64,000 bases of DNA from contig OZ287071.1 in NCBI GenBank assembly GCA_965645245.1, forward strand, positions 558,001 to 622,000. Reading direction: 5' to 3'. The position numbers and the translations under genes are program-made. Shown here in pieces: positions 1-9,635 of this stretch (positions are counted from its first letter, which is position 1; each line of letters opens with the position of its first letter). Under the pieces are notes generated by a model. The model saw only the letters and a list, made by a program, of their open reading frames with translations. It was not told where the DNA came from and ran no database searches. This stretch comes from Massalongia carnosa. Taxonomy: Eukaryota.

Positions 1-906
1 TTTTGAAAAGGTCTGACAACTCTCTCATTCTTTCGTTGAGATCCCAACCATCATCAAAATGAAGCTCGAGGCAGGTGAGACGAGAGGCAAGGAAGGAGAC
101 GGTTTGCGGAATGCTTTTCTTGATGACTAGTGCACTTTGCGTATTCATCATCGGTCCCGAAAAGCGGCTGAATGGCGATCGGGTTTGCATTAGTGCCTCC
201 CCGATCGTTTTCGTAGCGTGGATACAGGCAGGAGTCCATTTCAGCTCCACAATCGGTGCACCAGAACCTTCTCTCCCCTGTAGGAGATCAAGGAGGTACC
301 TATCAGCCTCGTCTTGAACTCTGAGGATTTGTACATGTTGGAGAGACGTAAAAGCCGCCATTGCTTTATGAAGAATGCGAACGTCTTCTCCCGACTCCAC
401 AATACTTTTTTGGTCTTCGGCTTTTCTTTTGATGTACGAAGCGTCTAGAGACGGCAAGCCCCCGGCATGAGCATGCAGTATGGTTTCCACGTGCTCGCCG
501 CCTTGGTTTCCGTCAGCCTTGGCGCTAAAAGAGCGGATAAACGGTTTACCGCACCTTCACCATAGAAAAACGGAACAAGATAGCTAAATTTCCTCGTATG
601 CTTAGCGAGATTGCTTCTGCTGCATATCCGCTCGAGTCTTCTCAAACCTGAAGGAGATAGACGTGTTGCGACTCGAGTCCATTGGTAGGGCGCTCCCAAC
701 TCGGCGAACCTGCTACATACCAGGCGGAAGTGGCCAATGTCTTGCGCGCGAGAAGGTAATGGTGGGCTAGGAGGCCGAAAGCTTTCGACTGATAGATAAG
801 CTCGACGGTCGATGCTCACTGAGATATCTGGGTCTGATTCGACGTGGTCGAGGATATCTTTAAGTAATTCGTTTGAGAGCTTCTGAATGTTTGCGGTCTT
901 CGACAT
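1..906 (-). CDS. Conserved fungal hypothetical protein with an F-box-like N-terminus (3' end runs off the window)
   Basis: ATG at 906; N-terminus IQKLSNELLKDILDHV...FRLVCSRFAELG is F-box-like. After a probable intron at ~505-555 the frame stays open to position 1 (...AFTSLQHVQILRVQD...LTCLELHFDDG...). Confidence 0.7.
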
Positions 907-2455
907 TACGAACTGCGAGAGGCTTAAGCTTAAGATCTCAGCATGCGCGGTGGAATTACATGTGGGAATGTGAAAATGTTCGCAAAGGCAAACTGCATTC
1001 TTTCAGCACTCTCGAGAAGACGGGAAACAAGGGAAGTCAAGAGCGGCAAACGACGTCGCGAGGGAAAGGAAAGAGATGTGGATGTCAGACGACATGATGC
1101 CAACACACAAGTTTTAGGCACGGGAGCGTCTTTCCACTCTCGCTCGTTGAATCGAGGACGCACAGCAACAGATGTAGCAGGGCAGGCGCTACATGATGAT
1201 TAGGCCGTCAAGTAGAAAGACCAGAAGCACGCTGCAGGTGGGGAGTCGAGCAACGGCCACGGGCCACTGAGGGCTCGAAGCACACCTACCTAAAGTCACA
1301 TGACCTTACTTTCACCATCGGGAGGGTGGTCCCGCTGCATACTATCATTGACATGTAAACCATCCACAGCTGCTTGATTGATTCCGGTAAGTTCACTTTT
1401 TAATTTGGACGGCGGGTGCACTAGCCAACGTGCGAGACCTGAGAGGCACCGAGGCTCGAGATGATTCGGGGGGCGAGCGGTACAAGTAATGAGCTTGCAG
1501 ATGACAGATGGACGATACACCCTGCTGTGAACGCCATGCATTTGACTTTTGGACAGTTGGACGTTCAGTTATTCCTGTAGTCCGTGGGGTTCCGAAGTGA
1601 TCTACTCGTATAAGCAGCCGATGTCTAATATTCCCTAACATTCCCACCAGTCATGGTTTGCGCTTGGAAGAATGGCAGGATTTCTATTCCTGGGCGGCAT
1701 CGAAGGCAAGATGGGTGTGGAGGGGGAAAGTTGGAAGGCGGGGAACCTATTTCCAAACTGGACCGGAAAGAGAGAAGTTGAAAAGCCAGTGTGCCATTGC
1801 CCGAGGATATCCCCAATCTATATATAAGGTGCCCGCATCATTGACGGAAGGAAAGGATGTACATGCATTCCAATTCGTCACCAACTGCTCGTTCTGCCTC
1901 GTCCCCTGCGGCAATAATCGAGCGAGATGGCACTTCATTGGTGGAAACATGCTTTCCATCTAACTAAAAGAAATATAGAGCGCGTGGTCGGCGCTTGCTA
2001 AGAACTGACGACATGAAGACGACATGGAAACGACGTCTGATCGGCATTCAAAAGAACGAAGTCCTTTCACCTTTGTGAGTAATTCAACACTTCAAATGGC
2101 GGCAGAGGGTCTAAGGCCTACATTCTACATAGAGTCTGTGATCATGCTGATAGTTTAGTCGTCGGTGATAGAACGGGCGCATTAATTGATTACCTATCTG
2201 CCAGTGGCAGTGTCCCGCCGCAAGCCACAGAACCTCTCCCCATTGGACTGCATCGATGCCACATTATCGCTGCAGCATGCAGTGAAACTCCGCTGCCGTT
2301 GCTCTGGAGCCATTTACGAGTCACGATAAAGTACTCTATAGGTACATATACTTTCTCGGCAGCTGCTGTTCCTAAATGTCCGTGCGCCTTACATCGCAAA
2401 GATCTCCTCGGTTGTCAGAGGAGAGGTTGTCGGTACCACTTACGGCTCTTGTTCT

Positions 2456-3709
2456 TCATCCTTTAAATAATCCTCCCTGGCGTGCATCACGATCCTGGAG
2501 TCGACGTCGAATGTCGGTGCTGCTAATCTTTCCCTCATAGCTTTCGATTACCTGGTCTGTCAAATCATCGTTCCCACTCGCGGCATCAAGCACATCAACC
2601 TCGAAAACCTCTAATAATGGCCATCCTTGAGCTTCACGCTTATTATTAACTGCTTGGCCTCCAGATCGCGTTTCGCCTGATATAACCAATGCCGTGATTG
2701 TCGCCTCGGTGATAGTGGGCCCAAATACATCGAATATTTCTACGTAGTTAACAACGAGGCCCGAACGAAACTCGTCCTGGGTGGTCCTAGCCTGGGAGGC
2801 TGGATTGAAAGTGCATCGAGAAGTTTTCACTCTGTCGGTAGGGAAAATCATCTGGAGTGTCTGACTTAAAAATTCGCGTACCATGGTCAGACGCGCATCC
2901 CATTTCTGCATTTCGCTCAAGTAAAGCTTCTTTTGAAGCAGTGCATCTGCGGTGATTCCAATCGTCAAAACTCTTTCGCCCGACAACGCAGGCCCTAGAT
3001 CAGGTTCAAGCAGAAGAGCTGTGATTGTCAAGAGCAACTTGTGTCCCGCATGGAGATGATCAAAAGTTCCTCCAACTGCGACTGAATGGTGGCTCTTCCA
3101 TTCACGGCGCATGACGTTTTGTGGTAGATTATACCCTGGTGACCCGATGGTAATACCAACAGCAACTTTTTCAATATTAGGATGCTCCAAAACCTTACCG
3201 GGAACGGAATTTCTGAGTTGAAGAAATGCCTTTAGCAATGTTTCGCCGTTCTCGCTCTCAAGCGAATAAAGGCGATCCCAAACATGAGGATGGAAGAGTA
3301 GCAGTTGAAAGTGGATGAATGGCCTCTGGGAGAAAGCGTTATTGTCCCCTGTGTGACTAGCTGTTGCATCAAACAACATAACCCTGACGTCGACATCATT
3401 GTCGTATTGTATATCAATTGACTCCTCCACACAAATGATGCATATCAACCTATACAGTAAACCCAACGATTTCTGAAAAGAGTTGTAGTCAGCGCTTTTC
3501 TTGGAATCGTTGCTCGAGGCAACATAATTATACACCACTGCAACATCTAATATAGCAGGTGTAGATTTGGTGAAAACCGAGGACACGTTCCGTAACACTT
3601 GTATAAGGCCTGGTCCATGAGTAGCCTTTAGAGTCGTCAGCGAAGCACATTCGGAATTATGTGGAAGAAGAAGTAGAGAGCGAGGGGAACATGAGGTCAG
3701 AGAAGCCAT
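2456..3709 (-). CDS. CAB4: Pantetheine-phosphate adenylyltransferase (cytidylyltransferase-like, CoA biosynthesis)
   Basis: Intronless 417-aa ORF with VAVGGTFDHLHAGHKLLL (HxGH), DVFGPTIT, LVISGETRSGGQAVN and KISSTDIR motifs. Confidence 0.9.
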   Translation of the reverse strand: MASLTSCSPRSLLLLPHNSECASLTTLKATHGPGLIQVLRNVSSVFTKSTPAILDVAVVYNYVASSNDSKKSADYNSFQKSLGLLYRLICIICVEESIDIQYDNDVDVRVMLFDATASHTGDNNAFSQRPFIHFQLLLFHPHVWDRLYSLESENGETLLKAFLQLRNSVPGKVLEHPNIEKVAVGITIGSPGYNLPQNVMRREWKSHHSVAVGGTFDHLHAGHKLLLTITALLLEPDLGPALSGERVLTIGITADALLQKKLYLSEMQKWDARLTMVREFLSQTLQMIFPTDRVKTSRCTFNPASQARTTQDEFRSGLVVNYVEIFDVFGPTITEATITALVISGETRSGGQAVNNKREAQGWPLLEVFEVDVLDAASGNDDLTDQVIESYEGKISSTDIRRRLQDRDARQGGLFKG

Positions 3710-4007
3710 CCAAGATGTCGTTCATGTAGAAAAGATGGGATGATTTCGCTGCAAACTGGTGCATCATAGGTGTCTTTGACTGAAGATCTGAAACTATTAT
3801 AACTTCATCTTTGTACTCTACTCATACGTGCATACTAGAGGTTTCTACGCGCTTGACTGGTTCCATCCTAGCGCTACATTTTGTAAAATTGATAGGGGGA
3901 CCTCGAAATATACATGTCTTTCACCTTTGATATTGCGCAGTAGTTACATCCACCGACCTTTCAGATCTGTCGCCGGTGCCAAATCTTCTTGGCTCACAGG
4001 AAGAAAC

Positions 4008-6333
4008 ATGCCTCCTCAGGGGCACCACCATTCTCCCACTGCTTCTGCACAACATGATCATAATACAAGTCAGGGTGGTGGTGCTTTTGGCAGAAGCTCT
4101 CATGGTAAGCATGCTGGGGATTTAGGCGGCCCACTGAACTCAGAACTGCTCTGACACAATCAGCGTCGAATGTTGGCACCCAGGAGAGTTCGTTCACTGC
4201 AGCAGGAAATGCTGTAGAATTGAACACTGGAAGTCACTCAAATCCTGCTTCAGTTTTGGGGTCATCTTCTGCGCCTTCATCCGCTATATCGAGTGTATCG
4301 CAGGCTTTCGAAACTCCGCGAAGAGCGCAGACCTACGGTCGAAAACCTGAAGAATTACATATGCCATCTTCTGGTGCTAGCATGGGCCAACAGACCTCAA
4401 AGGAGCTTCCCCGGTATCCGACATATCATCCTTCGCACGAGCCTGCTGGCGAAGTGGCGCCAGGGATTAACGTACACCAGGCTACCCCACAAGGACATCA
4501 CTTCTCCAATGCTCCAGGAAGTACAAATCTACCAGGGCCTTTACAGCCTGGAAGACCACTTCCTCCCTCAATCAATACTGCACCTTCCACTATCCCTACT
4601 TTGCTTCAAGCCTCAAGCCATTCTCAACCTAGCACGCATTCTTCGCGGCCGTCCACCGGAGGCCATGCCCATAGCTACTCGCGGTCCAGTCCTGCCGGGA
4701 TGGATCAGCAGAAATATGTTCCGTTCATCAATACTCCGGAAAACTCCAAATACTCCTCAGCGCCGAACCAAAAGTATACCTCTTCACAGACCCCTCAAGG
4801 AGAGTCAGCATACTCGCCACTAGGGCTTGCCGATATTAGGCCATTAGCTGATTCAGGAATGTCCGATGGCCCATCTAGCGCTAACCCCTACTCCAATGAC
4901 GGTTTTGCGTCCGTACCAACGAATAGTAACTATCTGGCGCCTTGGGCTGTATACGCGTTCGATTGGTGTAAATGGCCTGTACAGCAGCAAAAATCTAACG
5001 ATGGAGGAGGAAAGATGGCCATTGGAAGTTATGTGGAAGATGGTCATAATTTTGTTAGTTCATCATGGTTTCTGCTGGCTCATGGATAGAAGCTTCGTCA
5101 ATATGATACCTGACTGTTGGTACAGATTCAAATACTCGACACCCAGATTAAACCGGAAGCCGACGTTGATCACACGCCTGACGGACCTCCGTACAGCCTT
5201 GAGTTTGTTAAGACAGCTGAAGCCACACATTCGTATCCTGTGACCCGAATCCTATGGGAGCCAGCGTCTTCGCAGAAACAATCGACCGATCTTTTGGCCA
5301 CATCAGGAGATCATTTGAGATTATGGTCTTTACCTTCCCAGTCGTCTTATAATGCCGGCAACTCAATAACACGCTCGTCTAATAACACACAACCCCCCCC
5401 TCAGAAATTAACACCGTTAGCCCTTCTCTCGAACTCGAAATCCCCCGAACATACAGCGCCGCTTACCTCTCTAGACTGGAATAACTTGTCACCGAGCCTT
5501 ATTATTACCTCCAGTATCGATACAACATGTACGATATGGGATATCCCCACTTTGACCGCCAAAACACAACTCATAGCACACGACAAGGAAGTTTTCGACG
5601 TGCGATTTTGTGCCAATAGCGTTGATGTTTTTGTGAGCTGTGGAGCTGATGGTAGTGTACGGATGTTTGATTTAAGAAGCCTAGAACACAGTACTATTAT
5701 ATATGAACCCTCGGAGAAGAATGACAAATGTAACCTAACCCTTCTATTTCACTTGCTTCACTGACGACCAAGATTCAGCGTCAAGTCCTGGGAACATGAG
5801 TCCAACGACTGCCCAACAAACGATGTCATATGCACCTCCATTACTCCGACTAGCCGGTAAGCTTTCAATCGTTATAAGCCTTGGTTTTTGTCCAGCACTA
5901 ATCAGAATTAGCTTCCCCGCATGACGCCCACCTTCTTGCTACGTTTTCCCAAGATTCAAACAGTATACGGATACTCGACGTTCGGCAACCAGGCCAAGCT
6001 TTACTAGAGCTTCGAGGTCATGCTGCCGCCATCAACTGTATAGAATGGTCCCCTTCCCGGAGAGGAACGCTTGCATCCGGTGGTGATGACTCTTTAGTAC
6101 TAATATGGGATCTTTTAAACCATGGGAACTCAAGTGCCGCATCGGGCCTTAACGGAAACCAAAACCCACAAGCTACGCCGAATTCAGAAAACTCTCAAGG
6201 CCCAGCCGCAAGCTGGCAGTGTGAGTATGAAGTAGGCAATATTAGCTGGGCACCTCAAAGTGGTTTGACCAGCCAGGGTAACGACTGGTTGGGAGTGACT
6301 GGGGGAAGAGGTCTTTGGGGGGTTTGTATGTGA
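4008..6333 (+). CDS. WD40-repeat protein of the DCAF7/HAN11/AN11 family with a long Ser/Pro-rich N-terminus
   Basis: Motifs HSYPVTRILWEP, DLLATSGDHLRLW, APLTSLDWN, SSIDTTCTIWD, TQLIAHDKEVFDV and SVRMFDLRSLEHSTIIYE. ATG at 4008, first intron 4105-4163, further introns near 5054, 5729 and 5856, TGA at 6331-6333. Confidence 0.88.
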
Positions 6334-7319
6334 TGGAATGTCTCTCTCTCTATTAGGATTGGGGATGGATTTGGCATTTTCTTGGATTTTTGAATCGTAA
6401 GATATCACATAGCGAGGAGTCTGGCGTTATGGATGGAGATGGCTCACAATGGGGTCATCAATACCCAAGTTATATTTATCGTTACGTCGTTCTCGGTACA
6501 AGGAAAAAGCCGTCATTCAGGACGAGGGATTGTGTATATTGAGTGTACAATCTAATCGTCCATCCATCTGAGTTCCAGTCATACTCTGTCTTGTACTCCG
6601 TACCACACAGTATCGTCAAGATCCAGAGTCGCAGACTCGCGTGACTCGGCTATCATATATTGAACAAAAAATCAACCAGGCATACGGCAGCGGGATGCAG
6701 GAGAAGAGGGTCTAGGGCTATCAAGGATAGGCAAAGAGAAGTGCTTGGCAAACGTGATGCAGGTACTCCGTATTTCCAGTGAAGATACTCCAAATTTAGC
6801 TATCTGCTGAACTGAATTCTGAACGACTGAATAGCTAAATTACATGAGGAGTCATCGTCTCTTTATACTGCTTGAGGGCCTCCATCTCGGCCTATATCAA
6901 ATGCATGAACCTGCTTCCTTTGAACCTTTGCAGCTGGGCAAAATACACCTTATTGCTGACCGGAGACACCGAGACACTCAGTGATCATGAACAGCTGAAT
7001 TGCCTCCGAAATGTAGCATTTTTGCTGCATACCTTTGCCTCCTCGTAGTTGCCGAAGTCGTGCCGGTATCTGAAGCTTTTCGCATGATTGCCTAATCTGG
7101 AAATTAGTAAGCAGGAGGCAAAAGAACCTCGGTCGCAAATATTCAGGTATCTCGGCAAATTCCAATATCATATACCCTAAAGCCTAGAGTACTATCACCG
7201 CTCAGAACGCGCTGCTTACATGGCCTCCTACCCGAATACTGCTGCCTCCAAGCTGACTGATATCGAAACATATCTCCATTCAAAGAACCAACCTTGAACC
7301 CCTTAGCTTCAACCTAACT

Positions 7320-9149
7320 ATGTCTATCAGCTCCTTCCGCAGCCGTCTCCCCAACACCGCCGCCGCCCCCCCTCGTCTCCCCCTAAATCATTCTCCGCCT
7401 CAATACCTTGATTCTACTGCTTACGCTAGCCCCGATACACATGCCCCCTCCTCTTCAAACACCCACCGAAGTTCCTCCCGCGCCCCTACGCTCAGAATAC
7501 CACCCTCATCCAGTAAACAGCAAGATTCTTTCTTCGCGCTTTTTAGGGAAGAGGAGCATCTACATAAAGGACTGCAAACGCTGATCGATGCCCAGAGTGA
7601 GGGTTTACTTGCCGGGTTTGCCGAAGGAGCTTCGGAATATGATAGTGAGGATAGGAGGTCCTCGTCGGCGGGAGAAGGTAGCAGGACGCAAACTTCAAGA
7701 TCTCCAGTTACGCTTCAGCGATATGAGAGGGAAGGCCATCCTATCAGTAGCCGCATTATAACACCCATCCGTCAGCCCACCGGTCGAAAAATTAGCTTGC
7801 ATGGCGCGCGTCGAGGCATTTCGCGCGCCATTTCCGAGTTAGCAGCCTTAAAAGCGGAAGAGCGCATCTTACTTGAAAGCGAGGTTGAGAAAAAGTCCTC
7901 AGAGATATCAACAGCGCGAACTCTGACCGAAAAACGGGAGGGGCTCGAAAGTCAGATCCGCAGCATCGAAGAGAGGCAAAACGCAGGTGGGAAGATGGAG
8001 GAGATGCGGCGCGAGGAGAGGGTGTTGGATGCGGAGATTCGCGAGCTAGAGATGCGGTTGTGGGAGATGAGGGCAAGGCAGGTGCATTTAGTGCATGAGA
8101 TTCAGGGGCTGGACAACCGGGTGCAAAGCCAATTGAGCTCGTACACAGCGGCGCTTCAGCTGGCCGACAAGGAGGCCAGGGACTTTTTGAGGAGACCCCC
8201 TGCTGCGCTGACCTACACGGCGGGGAGCGGTGCGGGAGTAGGAGCACACGGCACAACGGTGAAGAAGGAGACGAGCGGGATTTGGGCGCTCCCGGCCGAT
8301 CGACGCACCCTGGCGATGGCGGATGAGCATTTTCGGGAGGAGCAGCGCTTGCTGCAGGAACAGCTCGAGGCGGCAGAAACAGAGCGCAAGGCGCTGGAGG
8401 AAGGGAGCGGCGTATGGAAGGCCGTGGTGCGCGAAGTGAGCGCGCTGGAAAACCTCCTAAGGGCCGAAACGCAGCGGCTCCCCCCCCCACCGGATTCTTT
8501 TCCGCATCGCAGCGGGTATCGGGAGAATTTCCGTGACGATCATTCTGCTCGGTATGATGGTGATAAAGATGGCGAGGGCGAGGGCGAGGGCGGTGGTGAT
8601 GGAAACGGCGCCAACCCCAAATCCGGCATGACCGCCATTCTCCACCAAATGCACCACGCCTGCTCGCAGCTAAAGTCCCATCTCGCGATCGCCGAGCGCC
8701 GTGGCTGGAACCTCCTCATCTGCTGCATCGGCGCCGAGCTGGAAGCCGTAATCGAAGGCTCTGCCGTACTGCAGGAAGCTCTGCGGGTTTCCTACCCTTC
8801 CTCGTCGTATTCCCCTCCTCTTCCTCCAATTTCTTCGCAGCATGCTTCCGGTACAGCTACAGGGGGGGGGTTGTCAAGCAGGGATAGTCCAACCTTAATC
8901 GCCAATGACGTGGGCGGACGGAATGGCGATGGGCGGATACCGTTGTCGGCCCTTCACCTTCCAGCCCTGGCTGCTGATCAATTGGATGCGGACGTCTTGC
9001 TGCAGGGAGGAGTTCGGCTGGCTCATTCTCATTCTCAATCTCGGCCCCGCCCTGAACGTAATAGGATCACTACGCATGAAGAAGTAGAAGCAGAAGACGA
9101 AGACGACGGCCCAGGCCCGGACTTACTGATTGCGTGTTTGGACGAGTAA
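7320..9149 (+). CDS. ATG28: Atg28-like coiled-coil protein (autophagy/pexophagy related)
   Basis: Intronless 609-aa ORF with LQTLIDAQSEGL, ISLHGARRGI, long coiled coils and C-terminal GWNLLICCIGAELEA, as recalled for Pezizomycotina Atg28 annotations. Confidence 0.72.
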   Translation: MSISSFRSRLPNTAAAPPRLPLNHSPPQYLDSTAYASPDTHAPSSSNTHRSSSRAPTLRIPPSSSKQQDSFFALFREEEHLHKGLQTLIDAQSEGLLAGFAEGASEYDSEDRRSSSAGEGSRTQTSRSPVTLQRYEREGHPISSRIITPIRQPTGRKISLHGARRGISRAISELAALKAEERILLESEVEKKSSEISTARTLTEKREGLESQIRSIEERQNAGGKMEEMRREERVLDAEIRELEMRLWEMRARQVHLVHEIQGLDNRVQSQLSSYTAALQLADKEARDFLRRPPAALTYTAGSGAGVGAHGTTVKKETSGIWALPADRRTLAMADEHFREEQRLLQEQLEAAETERKALEEGSGVWKAVVREVSALENLLRAETQRLPPPPDSFPHRSGYRENFRDDHSARYDGDKDGEGEGEGGGDGNGANPKSGMTAILHQMHHACSQLKSHLAIAERRGWNLLICCIGAELEAVIEGSAVLQEALRVSYPSSSYSPPLPPISSQHASGTATGGGLSSRDSPTLIANDVGGRNGDGRIPLSALHLPALAADQLDADVLLQGGVRLAHSHSQSRPRPERNRITTHEEVEAEDEDDGPGPDLLIACLDE

Positions 9150-9635
9150 GAGCATCATATTATTCTACTATATGGCGAAGGCTTTAGAGGGGCGGGGCGG
9201 GGGCGGGAAGGTGAGTTCACTTTAAGCGTTTTGACCGTCGGAAGGGGGCGGAGAGAGATGTATATAGGTTACCAATTGGAGGCGGAGATTGTATGAAAAA
9301 ATATATGGGCTTAGCTAGCTATGTTTGGCTTGCCCTTATTCATGATATTCATTGATTCTTGAGGGGTTTGAATGTTTAAGCAGCCGATACATGCCTATGG
9401 ATCCTCAGCCCTTCGATGCTATCTCCCTCGGCAACCATTCTCTACTTCTTCTTTCTAATTCTCACTCTCAAATGCTAAGTTGAAGTTCAGCTTCTAACCC
9501 CCCCCCCCCTTTTTTTTTCATCAAACCTCCGCTCTGGCATTTTCACTCTTCGCTTTCCACCTTTCGTTCTTTCCTCTTTTCCTTTCTCCTTCAACCGCCC
9601 CCTCGAGGATCCCCCTTCCCACCTTTCTATCTCTT

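Noticed and set aside
1200..2400. Short ORFs in intergenic regions (1.2-2.4, 26.8-28.9, 35.2-36.6 and 61-62.5 kb)
   Set aside because: No recognisable domains or consistent splice structure; no tRNA, rRNA or snoRNA pattern that I could support by eye.
7792..8490. Long antisense ORFs (7792-8490, 53949-54710, 50638-51432, 60179-60631 and similar)
   Set aside because: Shadow or alternative frames of real GC-rich or low-complexity genes; no recognisable motifs.
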